This document shows positions 1 to 8,851 of a stretch of DNA of 61,760 nt, in pieces. The stretch covers positions 1 through 61,760 of the forward strand of contig ONNE01000064.1 in assembly GCA_900319095.1 (NCBI GenBank). The letters are read 5' to 3'. Both the position numbers and the translations under genes were made by a program. Under the pieces are notes generated by a model. The model had not been told where the DNA came from and searched no databases. It was given only the letters and a program-made list of their open reading frames with translations. Numbering within the stretch: position 1 is the first letter of the stretch; every line of letters starts with the position of its first letter. Source of the stretch: an uncultured Eubacteriales bacterium (GTDB taxonomy: Bacteria > Bacillota > Clostridia > Lachnospirales > Lachnospiraceae).

Positions 1-744
1 ACGCACCGTCTCAACAGTATAATCCTCAATTTCCTTGACATCGTTTTTAAGTACCACGCTGATGCTTGTCTTATTCCTTTTTAATTCAAAATTGTCGATC
101 TCCTCAATGAATCTTGACAGAGAACTGTAGCCGTAGTTTCGAACGTCAAAATCGGAATATTTTTTTAACAGTGTACTGCCAATCTCACCGAGTCCTGTAT
201 CTTTTCCATTATTCTCATTGGTGGTTATGATCTCAACAATCGCATCTGCAATTTTCTTCTTTTTGACGACGTTCTTTTTCTCTGTCTTTCTCTCTTCCTT
301 GTCTGAATCCGACTCCATCAAAAGCTCCAGATCGGTAAAGACCGAACAGGCCGCCTTAAAAGATTTTGGGGTTTTACTCTCCCCCATCCCGATGACTTCC
401 ATGCCCGACTCCCTCAAACGGCTCGCCAGACGCGTAAAATCCCCATCGGATGAGACGAGACAAAATCCCTCAACATTGCCGGTGTATAAAATGTCCATGG
501 CATCAATGATAAGCGCTGAATCGGTGGCATTCTTTCCAATCGTATTTTGGAACTGTTGAATCGGAATGATCGATCGCTCTGCCAGTTCACTGCGCCAGCG
601 ATGCATGAGGTTGCTCGTAAAATCTCCGTAAATTCGTCGATATGTCGCAACTCCGTGTTTGGTCATTTCATCTAAAATCGAATCTATATATTTGGCTGAA
701 ATATTATCCGAATCAATCAAAAGAGCAAATCTCTTATCACTCAA
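1..744 (-). CDS. NYN (LabA/DUF88) domain protein with C-terminal OST-HTH/LOTUS domain, 3' end runs off the window
   Basis: Not in the ORF track. Read manually from TTG at 744 after an AGGAGG SD: MSDKRFALLIDSDNIS...RRIYGDF...GKNATDSALIIDAMD...LVSSDGDFTRLASRLRESG (NYN acidic motifs), then LGEIGSTLLKKYSDFDVRNYGYSSLSRF (LOTUS). The frame is open to position 1. Confidence 0.9.
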   Translation of the reverse strand, partial: MSDKRFALLIDSDNISAKYIDSILDEMTKHGVATYRRIYGDFTSNLMHRWRSELAERSIIPIQQFQNTIGKNATDSALIIDAMDILYTGNVEGFCLVSSDGDFTRLASRLRESGMEVIGMGESKTPKSFKAACSVFTDLELLMESDSDKEERKTEKKNVVKKKKIADAIVEIITTNENNGKDTGLGEIGSTLLKKYSDFDVRNYGYSSLSRFIEEIDNFELKRNKTSISVVLKNDVKEIEDYTVETVR

Positions 745-817
745 AAAAACCCCTCCTTTTTGTATACCTTGTATCCTATGGTATCAAAAAGAAGGGGTTT
801 GCGTCAACATTCTTTAT

Positions 818-1390
818 TCAGATTTTTTTGACCAGTGTCCGGAGTGTCGGCCCCACCGATACGGAAATCAACATCTTGACAAGATCTCCGACAATAAAGG
901 GAAAGACGCAGACCGACAGCGCTGCGACAACTCCCATCCGGGTCGACATACAGAACCATGCCGTCCCAAAAACATAGAGCACAGCCGTTCCCACGATCAT
1001 TCCAATAAAATGAATCACCCGGTTCTGTATCTTGTCTGCCACAAACAGGTCCACAAAGAGCCCGCATACAACCGCCAGAAAAATATATCCGATCAGATAT
1101 CCTCCGGTAGGTCCCGCCAATTTGCCGACTCCCCCCTCAAATCCCGAGAAAACCGGAAGTCCTACCAGACCAATCAGCAGATAGACCGCGCACATAACCG
1201 CTGAGCGCTTCCATCCCAGTACATAGACACTGATGTAGATGACAAAACTTGCCAGCGAAATCGGAACCGGCCCGATGGGAAGTGAAATGGGTGCCAGAAT
1301 GCACAAAATTGCGGCAAACAAAGCCGTCAAAACCATACTCTTTGTTGTAAATATTTCTGTTTTGGATTGTGTAATTGTTTCATTTGACAT
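818..1390 (-). CDS. bioY: Biotin transporter BioY (ECF S component)
   Basis: Hydrophobic protein with PIGPVPISL, GLVGLPVFSG and GPTGGYLIG BioY motifs. ATG at 1390 follows GGAGG. A BirA box lies upstream. Confidence 0.95.
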   Translation of the reverse strand: MSNETITQSKTEIFTTKSMVLTALFAAILCILAPISLPIGPVPISLASFVIYISVYVLGWKRSAVMCAVYLLIGLVGLPVFSGFEGGVGKLAGPTGGYLIGYIFLAVVCGLFVDLFVADKIQNRVIHFIGMIVGTAVLYVFGTAWFCMSTRMGVVAALSVCVFPFIVGDLVKMLISVSVGPTLRTLVKKI

Positions 1391-1416
1391 ATCTATTCCT
1401 CCTTTATCCAAAGAAA

Positions 1417-1468
1417 AGTATAGACCTGTCTTTTTTATTTGTCAACCAATTATTTGTTTTGGTTTACA
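1417..1468 (-). promoter_or_regulatory. sigma-A promoter of bioY overlapped by a BirA operator
   Basis: Minus strand TTGACA(1445-1440)-17 bp-TATACT(1422-1417). The palindrome TGTCAAC-N15-GTTTACA (1440-1468) matches the BirA box. Confidence 0.85.
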
Positions 1469-2606
1469 TTTTCTTTTCCAGCACGAAATCTACGATTACT
1501 TCAGTACCGATATCGGGCTCACTTTTTACATGAACCGTGCCCCCCAGCGTCTGTGCAATATGCTTTACAACACTGAGCCCGACTCCGGCTCTCGTATAAA
1601 TTCCGGTATCCGACTGCTTCTTCTGGGCAAATGGCAAAAAGAGGTTATTTCTCTCCTCCTCGCACATCCCCACTCCGGAATCCCGAACGCTCACGATAAA
1701 CCTGTCATATATATCACTGATGCTCTCCGTGGAAACATCAATGCGCACATCTCCGTTTGCACGGTTGTACCGGATCGCATTGTCAATGATATTGCATATC
1801 ATCTGACGAATCAGTCGTTCGTCCCCAATGTATCGGCCGTTCGGCTTCCCGGCCCACATATAGGAGATGTTTTTCTGATGAACACAGTAGTGAAAGAAGT
1901 CCTCACAGGAATTCAACAACTCCCTCATGTCAAACTCTGTTTGACGGATCAATGTCCCTTTTTGCTTGAGCCGGAAAATATCAACCACATCACTCATCAT
2001 GGATAACATACGACTGGCTGTCTTGTTTGCATATCGCATATATCTCAGTGATTCATCGGTCTTGCCTTCAGTCATCATATGACAAACGGTATTTTGTAAA
2101 TTAGTAAATGAACTTAAATAAGATTTCAAATCCTCACAAAGAGATTCGAGAAAACGGACGTTCACTCGTTTGTCCGCAATCAGATTATTTTCACTGTCAC
2201 CGTACAGTTTTTTTATGTAGACAATTGCGCGGTCACACTTTTGCTTGGGACGACAGGCAATAAACTCTGCCTGAATCCATCTACTTGGCACTCCTGTGTA
2301 CTCTCGCATCGGATATATAACAGATTTTCGAAAATGTCCACCCGACACATTTTTCTTGAGAATTTCAACATCAAATTTCTCCTGAAAACCTTTGTGGTAG
2401 TCCGGATGGATGAATTTCTTCATTGTATGCCTCTGCCAATCCTCATAACATATTTCTCTCTCTGTCTCATCTTTCCCTACATATCGACAGTTTCCGGTCT
2501 GTAGATTCAACATCACAATCTTATCTATAGAGTTAGCAAAAACATGCATGGCTTCCCTAATCATAATATCCTTTTCGATGGTCTGTTTTTTCGTTCTCCG
2601 GTACAC
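1464..2606 (-). CDS. Orphan cytoplasmic histidine-kinase-like protein (PAS-like + degenerate HisKA + HATPase_c)
   Basis: N (NIIDNAIRY), G1 (DSGVG), F (LFLPF) and G2 (GVGLS) boxes are intact. The H-box region reads FLESLCEDLKS with no His. No TM segment. GTG start after GGAGGAGG. Confidence 0.8.
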   Translation of the reverse strand: MYRRTKKQTIEKDIMIREAMHVFANSIDKIVMLNLQTGNCRYVGKDETEREICYEDWQRHTMKKFIHPDYHKGFQEKFDVEILKKNVSGGHFRKSVIYPMREYTGVPSRWIQAEFIACRPKQKCDRAIVYIKKLYGDSENNLIADKRVNVRFLESLCEDLKSYLSSFTNLQNTVCHMMTEGKTDESLRYMRYANKTASRMLSMMSDVVDIFRLKQKGTLIRQTEFDMRELLNSCEDFFHYCVHQKNISYMWAGKPNGRYIGDERLIRQMICNIIDNAIRYNRANGDVRIDVSTESISDIYDRFIVSVRDSGVGMCEEERNNLFLPFAQKKQSDTGIYTRAGVGLSVVKHIAQTLGGTVHVKSEPDIGTEVIVDFVLEKKM

Positions 2607-2718
2607 GTTCGGAGCCCTCCTCCACTATATGTAGTTTCTGACCAATCTCTCGCATACAATTGCCGAATAAAATTGTAACACAGTTTCCATTAGAAGCCAA
2701 GACTATTTTTCACCTTTT

Positions 2719-3240
2719 TTATAACCCGGCAAGAACGATAGAAGCCACCGCCCCGACCACAGTGGCAAAGAGAGCCCCCGCCAGCGTGTAACGGCTCTTT
2801 GTGACCTTTGCTGTCATAAAATAAACGCTCATGGTATAAAAAATGGTCTCCGAGCAGCTCATAAGGACCGAGGCGAGCGTCCCCAGATACGAATCCGGTC
2901 CATAAGTTTTATACACATCCAAAAGCAGACCGGTCGCTGCAGAGGACGAAAACATTTTTACAATGAAAAGCGCAAATAATTCTTTGGGAAAATGGATCCA
3001 GTTTACCACCGGTGCCAAAAGGTCTGCCATCCCCTCCATCGCTCCGGACTCTCTCAATATTCCCACTCCGACCATCAGACCGATTAGCGTTGGCAGAATC
3101 TTGTATACCGTCATAAAACCATCTTTTGCTCCCTCAATAAATGTATCGAACAGATCCACTTTTTTAAAAAAACCATATACAATCAGGTACAAAATGACAA
3201 GTGGTATCATCGCATCTGACAAATAATAAAGAATTCTCAT
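2719..3240 (-). CDS. spmB: Spore maturation protein B
   Basis: FIEGAKDG, PTLIGLMVGV, DSYLG and SETIFYTMSVYF motifs. Coupled to spmA by an ATGA overlap. Confidence 0.92.
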   Translation of the reverse strand: MRILYYLSDAMIPLVILYLIVYGFFKKVDLFDTFIEGAKDGFMTVYKILPTLIGLMVGVGILRESGAMEGMADLLAPVVNWIHFPKELFALFIVKMFSSSAATGLLLDVYKTYGPDSYLGTLASVLMSCSETIFYTMSVYFMTAKVTKSRYTLAGALFATVVGAVASIVLAGL

Positions 3241-3845
3241 ACAGGACTCTCCTTCTTTTTCTTTCTATGCTTGGCAATGGTTCTTGCCATCACTGCAAAG
3301 AGGATTCCCGCTGCCGTCGACAATGCGGTGGCCACCAGTCCCATTCCTATGATAGAAGTGGGGGAAGCCGATCCGTACTGACTGCGGTATGCAATGATAT
3401 TTACCGGAATCAATTGAAGCGAGGAGATATTCAGTATCAAAAATGTGCACATATCGGTACTGGCGATATGACTCCCATGATTTAGTTTTTTGAGTTCTTC
3501 CATCGCCCGGAGTCCTGCCGGTGTCGCCGCCCAGCCAAGTCCCAGAACATTGCTGATGATATTGGCTGCCATGTATTCATTGGCTTTGTGATCTTTTGGC
3601 ACATCCGGAAACAAAAAAGCAAGAACCGGTCGAAGCGCTCTTGTCAGCGCGTCAATGATTCCTGCTTTTTTCGCTATATTCATCAGACCTGTCCACATCG
3701 ACATAATACCCAACATCGTGATGCACAGTGTCACCGCCTCTTTCGAAGAGTCCAGTGCTGCCGTTCCCACATCTCCCACATGACCGGTAAATACGGCATA
3801 CAAAATTCCGGCTAAGATCATAAAACCCCAAAGTTTATTGAGCAT
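3237..3845 (-). CDS. spmA: Spore maturation protein A
   Basis: MLNKLW start, NVLGLGWAATPAGLRAM and LNISSLQLIP motifs. Confidence 0.93.
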   Translation of the reverse strand: MLNKLWGFMILAGILYAVFTGHVGDVGTAALDSSKEAVTLCITMLGIMSMWTGLMNIAKKAGIIDALTRALRPVLAFLFPDVPKDHKANEYMAANIISNVLGLGWAATPAGLRAMEELKKLNHGSHIASTDMCTFLILNISSLQLIPVNIIAYRSQYGSASPTSIIGMGLVATALSTAAGILFAVMARTIAKHRKKKKESPV

Positions 3846-3865
3846 ACGAAAATCCTTTTTCTTTT

Positions 3866-3894
3866 ATCCTATGACTTCAAAAACCATAATATGC
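3866..3894 (-). promoter_or_regulatory. sigma-E (mother cell) promoter of spmAB
   Basis: GCATATT-N14-CATAGGAT on the minus strand matches the sigma-E consensus. spmAB are known sigma-E targets. Confidence 0.75.
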
Positions 3895-3899
3895 CTTTG

Positions 3900-4469
3900 T
3901 CAGGATTTTTCTGTCAGCTCCCGGATCTTCTTGCGATATTCATCCATTTCCTCCTTCGTCCCATAATACTTCCCATTGAGCCGGTCAAAGTACATGGTCA
4001 TTTCCCTCGTCTGTATCGTGCCATCCGGCATCTGATAGCTTATGATGGTTGTGAGTTCCATATAATCTCCCACAATTTTTTTTGATATCTCCTCCATGCC
4101 CTGATATTCCATTTCATCCGTGCGGATGTTATTCTCAAAATTTTTTTGAAAATTGTCCCGGGCCACAACCGGATGACATCGATTGTATGGGAAATGCCGG
4201 ATACACACTCCCAAAAATACATAGCATCCGATCAGAATCACTCCCCGGACGCACCATGAAACAATCGGTTTTTCCTGCCAAAAAAGTTTCCTCGCTGCGA
4301 TGATCCAGAGCGGACAGACAACGGCTGCAATCACGATGAATGGCCACGACACCTCTCTGGCGATCGCCAATGCCACAGCATAGAGCATAACAATCACACT
4401 AAAAAAATTCACGATCAGATCCACCAGCTTAGACCAGCGAAGATTTTTATTCTGTTTTTTCACATTCAT
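3900..4469 (-). CDS. Hypothetical membrane protein (about 3 N-terminal TM helices, soluble C-terminal domain)
   Basis: ORF 3900-4514. Likely ATG at 4469 after GAGAGGAAG. Three hydrophobic segments. Confidence 0.7.
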   Translation of the reverse strand: MNVKKQNKNLRWSKLVDLIVNFFSVIVMLYAVALAIAREVSWPFIVIAAVVCPLWIIAARKLFWQEKPIVSWCVRGVILIGCYVFLGVCIRHFPYNRCHPVVARDNFQKNFENNIRTDEMEYQGMEEISKKIVGDYMELTTIISYQMPDGTIQTREMTMYFDRLNGKYYGTKEEMDEYRKKIRELTEKS

Positions 4470-4502
4470 TCTTCCTCTCACTGCATGATACCCCCATTGT
4501 AC

Positions 4503-4560
4503 CAAAAAAAACAATGGACGACAAGAAAGGATTCTCCCCTGATTCCTTTCTCATCGTCCA
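4503..4560 (-). terminator. Intrinsic terminator after the LRR gene
   Basis: Inverted repeat TGGACGA..AGAAAGGA / TCCTTTCT..TCGTCCA followed by a T-run on the minus strand. Confidence 0.7.
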
Positions 4561-4600
4561 TGTTTTCCCATTTATCTCTATTTCTACTCCCGCATCCGCG

Positions 4601-6169
4601 CTATCGGATCGTTCCCACCTGGAAGGAGTAATCGGTTTTATCATCCGACTCTACTCTGGTAAACACACTGATCTCCTTCTCGCTTTTCATGACCAGACAA
4701 AAATCTACGTTATCCTCATACAAATGATTGAAGTTGCTGACTGTGTAAATCTGCTGGAATTTCTTCTCTTTTGATGTGATCTTTAATTTAAACAGTCCCA
4801 GTCCGCTGACCGCGTACACCGTTCCTTTCTTAATATAGACAGACGAGTGATTTTTCGCATCTGCTGTCTCTTGCGAGGCTGGTACATAAACACTGGTCGA
4901 TGTAGAAATCTGACTGACTTCCAGAATGTGACCGCTCGGGAGTTCCTTTTTCTCTCCGTCCGTGATTTTTCCCACATAAATATATCCGGAATAACCATAT
5001 TCATCTTTAAGGACAAACAGATCCCCTTCGGCTGCCACTACCTGCTCGTAGCCGGAGTAAGTTGCCTGTTTTTTCGTAATCATCTCTTCCTGGTCAAATT
5101 CAATCAAACTGCTAAAATATGTGCCATTGAGAGCAAGCTGGACGGAATTGCCGGATTGATTGAGGTAAATGACATCAAATTTGGATGTGTCCGTGAGAGT
5201 GATCTGGTCGTTGAGCAGCATTTCTTTCTGCAGATTTCCCTGCGGGTTGACCTTATATATATATACTTTTGACTGGTTCGCCAACTCACCGTTGACATCT
5301 GCCACAAAATAAAAGTTTCCGCTCGCATCCTCCCACTGTGTCGTGATGGTCTGTGCTGCTTTTGCCTTTCCCTGGGCGTTAGCATCCAGCAAAACCGTAG
5401 TATCTGTCATCCTGGTTCCATCCCATATGTGCTTGACACAATTCGATCGATCCTGTGCCCACTCATATACACAGTAGTTTCCGCTCGCATCCAGTGTGCT
5501 TCTGGTCAATTCATTTTCTGTCATTTTCACACTTGAAACGGTGTATGGGCGGTAGTAATCCTCTCCGATGACTTCCGTCTTTTTGTTCCGGTCAATCTTG
5601 AGATTTTTTACCATGTGACCGGTCACGTCCAACGTCACAAGTTTTTTGCACTTATTTAGTTTCAGAGATGTCAGTTTATTGTATTTTAAATATACATATT
5701 TTAATTTTGTATTTTTATTCAGATCCAGTGACTTTAGCTGACCGCACTCCATCTCAAAATAGACAAGCCGGGGATTCTTTTTTACATTAATAGATTTGAC
5801 CGAAGTTTCGTTGGCGACAAAACTCTTCAGATATACCAGCTTTTCAATTCCCTTAAAGCTTTTGATCTGTGAAATGCCTTTTTTCTGATACTTTGAATAT
5901 TTTGATTTTTTTGTCATCACGGTATTTTTACAGGAACCGGTCCCAAACTTTTTTGCATTCTTGATCTCTTTGACGGACAATTTATTGTCCTTGTTTTTGT
6001 CATAGTTTGCCTTTACCAGTTCCCGGAAAACTTCATCCGGAAAATTCTTCTTGTTAATTTTTACCTCTTTGACTTTTGCAGCTGCCAGAGAGGGTACTGT
6101 TGCGGTCCCGAGCACAGCCGGAACCATCAGCATAGCCGCTGTCATGGCAATACATAAATATCTTTTCAT
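4601..6169 (-). CDS. Secreted/surface leucine-rich-repeat protein
   Basis: Signal peptide MKRYLCIAMTAAMLMV...AAA. The NFPDEVFR..YDKNKDNKLSxxE cap and LKSLDLNKNTKLKYVYLKYNKLTSLKL repeats are typical of firmicute LRR surface proteins. ATG at 6169 after AGGAGG. Confidence 0.8.
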   Translation of the reverse strand: MKRYLCIAMTAAMLMVPAVLGTATVPSLAAAKVKEVKINKKNFPDEVFRELVKANYDKNKDNKLSVKEIKNAKKFGTGSCKNTVMTKKSKYSKYQKKGISQIKSFKGIEKLVYLKSFVANETSVKSINVKKNPRLVYFEMECGQLKSLDLNKNTKLKYVYLKYNKLTSLKLNKCKKLVTLDVTGHMVKNLKIDRNKKTEVIGEDYYRPYTVSSVKMTENELTRSTLDASGNYCVYEWAQDRSNCVKHIWDGTRMTDTTVLLDANAQGKAKAAQTITTQWEDASGNFYFVADVNGELANQSKVYIYKVNPQGNLQKEMLLNDQITLTDTSKFDVIYLNQSGNSVQLALNGTYFSSLIEFDQEEMITKKQATYSGYEQVVAAEGDLFVLKDEYGYSGYIYVGKITDGEKKELPSGHILEVSQISTSTSVYVPASQETADAKNHSSVYIKKGTVYAVSGLGLFKLKITSKEKKFQQIYTVSNFNHLYEDNVDFCLVMKSEKEISVFTRVESDDKTDYSFQVGTIR

Positions 6170-6243
6170 AGTGAAAACCTCCTTCATTTTACGTTCGATT
6201 TGTTGGTGAGACATCACGTCTCTTCCGGGCCCCTTATACTAAC

Positions 6244-6272
6244 AAAACGAGCGAGGGAACAAAAATGTTTCA
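6244..6272 (-). promoter_or_regulatory. Candidate ECF sigma promoter (SigM/W/V-like)
   Basis: TGAAAC-N17-CGTTTT with a T-run after the -35 element, immediately downstream of a terminator. Confidence 0.6.
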
Positions 6273-6278
6273 AAAAAT

Positions 6279-6336
6279 AAAAAAAAAATTTAGGCTGCCA
6301 CATTTTTTGAAAATCATCAAGACAATGCGGCAGCCT
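6279..6336 (-). terminator. Intrinsic terminator
   Basis: AGGCTGCCGCATT...AATGTGGCAGCCT stem followed by a long T-run on the minus strand. Confidence 0.8.
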
Positions 6337-6353
6337 GATTCCTAATCCGACCC

Positions 6354-6593
6354 CTATTTTGTTCTATTAGGTTTTCGTTTCTTTCTCTTTGGATTGGATG
6401 GCTCGATCTGATCAATATGTAAGGCAACGATGCGGCCATTGGAATCGGCCTCATAATCCAGCATATAGGATCCTTCCTGCATCACCTTCCAGAGCTCCTC
6501 CGGGCTGCGGTCACTGTAAGATACACCGTCAACATCCAGAGCGATGCCATGTTTTTTAGCATGCTGCCACTCATCCATAATCCACTTTTTCAT
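6354..6593 (-). CDS. Small hypothetical protein (79 aa, basic tail)
   Basis: ORF with an AGGAG SD and a downstream terminator. The sequence (YMLDYEADSNGRIVALHIDQI) looks like a real protein. Confidence 0.7.
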   Translation of the reverse strand: MKKWIMDEWQHAKKHGIALDVDGVSYSDRSPEELWKVMQEGSYMLDYEADSNGRIVALHIDQIEPSNPKRKKRKPNRTK

Positions 6594-6887
6594 CCTTTGC
6601 TCCTATCTATTTCTGAAAAGACAAAACGCCACACAAAGAAGGTACTTCCGCGATGTAAATTTTGTGCTGCGTATTCTGACAAAACTGACTGTCGTTTATT
6701 TGATAGCCATATAGAATTTTTCAGAAATGGTTTTATCTTCTGTCCGACACCTCCCCTCACCACATATCAGTTTCGCCCTGTTTCTATTATATAATAGGCG
6801 TAAATGCAGATTCAAGTGTCGTCTGAACGTGCCAGAATGCGGTTCAGACGGTAAAAGTTTACATTTCAATTTTTTCGCAAGAATTAG

Positions 6888-6916
6888 TTGACTTTAATGT
6901 CAAGATAACTTATACT
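6888..6916 (+). promoter_or_regulatory. sigma-A promoter of mecA
   Basis: TTGACT-17 bp-TATACT. The -35 element lies within the palindrome TTGAC-N6-GTCAA. Confidence 0.7.
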
Positions 6917-6953
6917 TTTCATTACATATAGAATATAGAAAGGGAGTGTGCTT

Positions 6954-7760
6954 GTGAAGATTGAACGCATTAGTGAAAATCAGATTCGCTGTACTCTTAG
7001 CAAACATGATCTGATGGAGCGTCATCTGAAAATCAGCGAATTAGCCTATGGTTCCGAGAAGGCAAAAGACTTATTTCGTGACATGATGGAACAAGCCAAC
7101 ATCGATTTGGGATTTGAGGCCGATGATATTCCTCTGATGATAGAAGCGATTCCAACTTCCCGGGACTCCGTAGTCCTTGTGATTACCAAAGTTGAAAATC
7201 CGGAAGAATTCGATGAGAAATTTTCCCGCTTTGGTCTGCAGACCGAAGATGGTTTTTATGAGGATGAGGACGAGGAGCTGGCCGGTGACGAAGAAAACAT
7301 TCTGGATTCGCCTGAGATCGCCAATTGCTTTGAACAATTGCATGAATTGATTGAAGAGGCAGAGAATACCAATCGTGATTCCGGAGAATTTATCCCGCTG
7401 AGTGAATCCCTGCAGGGAAAGAAACCGAAGCGGAAAGAGGGAAAGAAGAAAAAATCAGAAAATATTGGTGAAAAGATCCGGGTATTTTCCTTCCTCTCTC
7501 TGAATCCGATTATTGAAGTCGCACATATGGTTAGCCCTTCTTATACGGGCAAAAATTCAGTTTGGAAAGATGAGTCGGCAAGCCGTTACTATCTTCTTTT
7601 GAACCGTGGCACAACGAAGTCCGCTTTTTTGTCCACCTGTTCACTGGTGTCTGAGTTTGGCAGGGAAGAATCTGTCACATATGCCACACAGGACTATTAT
7701 AATGAGCATTTTCAACTCATTATAAAGGATAAGGCTCTTTTGCAACTGGCAAAATTATGA
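6954..7760 (+). CDS. mecA: ClpC adaptor protein MecA
   Basis: MKIERISENQIRCTL..DL..R, ELAYGSEKAKDLFRDMM and PLMIEAIP motifs; C-terminal SEFG...YYNEHFQLII..AL..L. GTG start after GGGAG. Confidence 0.9.
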   Translation: MKIERISENQIRCTLSKHDLMERHLKISELAYGSEKAKDLFRDMMEQANIDLGFEADDIPLMIEAIPTSRDSVVLVITKVENPEEFDEKFSRFGLQTEDGFYEDEDEELAGDEENILDSPEIANCFEQLHELIEEAENTNRDSGEFIPLSESLQGKKPKRKEGKKKKSENIGEKIRVFSFLSLNPIIEVAHMVSPSYTGKNSVWKDESASRYYLLLNRGTTKSAFLSTCSLVSEFGREESVTYATQDYYNEHFQLIIKDKALLQLAKL

Positions 7761-7764
7761 TTTA

Positions 7765-7986
7765 CTATTTACTTTCGTTTGCCTTTTTACTTAAATATTC
7801 ATTGACTTTTGAAACGAGGTCGTTGCAATCCAACTGGTGCTTTGCAGCGGCCTCTTCCAATGTCTCATTCTCCACCGGATTCGTGCTGACAAAAGGCATC
7901 CCCAGTGCCATCAGGATTGGTGCAATGGAAGGATCTTCTTTTAACAACCCGGACACTTTCATATCGCTCTTTACTTCTTTTATCAT
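7765..7986 (-). CDS. DUF1858-like small protein (cysteine motif absent)
   Basis: DMKVSGLLKEDPSIAPILMALGM...ETLEEAAAKHQLD pattern. ATG at 7986 after GAGGA. Confidence 0.75.
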   Translation of the reverse strand: MIKEVKSDMKVSGLLKEDPSIAPILMALGMPFVSTNPVENETLEEAAAKHQLDCNDLVSKVNEYLSKKANESK

Positions 7987-8008
7987 AATTTCCTCTTTTC
8001 TATGCCGA

Positions 8009-8776
8009 TTACACACGAAAATGGACATCCAGATCCAGCTCAACCGGGCAGTGATCGGATCCCATAACTTCTGTGTGAATTTTGGCATCTTTCATTTTTT
8101 CTTTAAGACTTTCCGACACTAAAAAATAGTCAATCCGCCATCCGGCATTCTTTGCCCTCGCCTGAAAGCGGTAGGACCACCAACTGTAGACTCCCTCCAC
8201 GTCCGGATAGAAGTGTCGAAAACTATCTATAAAACCGCTCTGCAGAAGTTCCGTCATTTTTCCTCTTTCTTCATCGGTAAATCCTGCATTTTTGTGATTC
8301 GTCTTAGGGTTCTTTAGATCAATTTCATTGTGTGCCACATTCATATCTCCCGTGACCACAACCCCCTTTTTACTTGCCAGTCCCACCAGATACCCGCGAA
8401 AGGCATCTTCCCATTCCATCCGATAGGACAGACGTCTCAGTTCGTTTTGAGAATTTGGCGTATAGACTGTCACAAAATAAAAATCCGGATACTCTAAGGT
8501 GATCACGCGGCCCTCCTGATCATGCTCTTCAATCCCCAGACCATAGCTGACTGTCAGCGGCTCTTCTCTGGTAAAAACTGCCGTTCCCGAATATCCCTTT
8601 TTCTTTGCATAATTCCAATATTGATGATAGCCGGGAAGCTCCAGGTCTATCTGACCCTCCTGCAGCTTTGTCTCCTGTACACACAAGATGTCTGCCTGTA
8701 TCTCATCAAAAAAATCCATAAAATTTTTCCCGACACATGCACGCAATCCGTTCACATTCCACGAAATCATTTTCAT
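8009..8776 (-). CDS. xth: Exodeoxyribonuclease III / AP endonuclease
   Basis: [32 protein letters not shown] and SDHCPV motifs. Confidence 0.97.
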   Translation of the reverse strand: MKMISWNVNGLRACVGKNFMDFFDEIQADILCVQETKLQEGQIDLELPGYHQYWNYAKKKGYSGTAVFTREEPLTVSYGLGIEEHDQEGRVITLEYPDFYFVTVYTPNSQNELRRLSYRMEWEDAFRGYLVGLASKKGVVVTGDMNVAHNEIDLKNPKTNHKNAGFTDEERGKMTELLQSGFIDSFRHFYPDVEGVYSWWSYRFQARAKNAGWRIDYFLVSESLKEKMKDAKIHTEVMGSDHCPVELDLDVHFRV

Positions 8777-8789
8777 ATGAGTACCTCAC

Positions 8790-8830
8790 CTTTTTTTCAA
8801 AAAGCCCCAGTACATCACGCACCGGGGCTC
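8790..8830 (-). terminator. Intrinsic terminator after pckA
   Basis: AGCCCCGGT...ACTGGGGCT followed by TTTT on the minus strand. Confidence 0.75.
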
Positions 8831-8851
8831 TGAATTGTATTCTCTGTCAAA

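Noticed and set aside
218-1204. Plus-strand ORFs 218-559, 642-977 and 659-1204
   Set aside because: Antisense to the NYN and bioY genes, which have clear family motifs.
1239-2006. 255-aa plus-strand ORF
   Set aside because: Antisense shadow of bioY and the kinase-like gene, with no SD or recognisable motif.
6750-6785. CAGGGCGAAAC resembling the start of a c-di-GMP-I riboswitch
   Set aside because: No GNRA-capped P2 and no GACGCAAAG junction follow.
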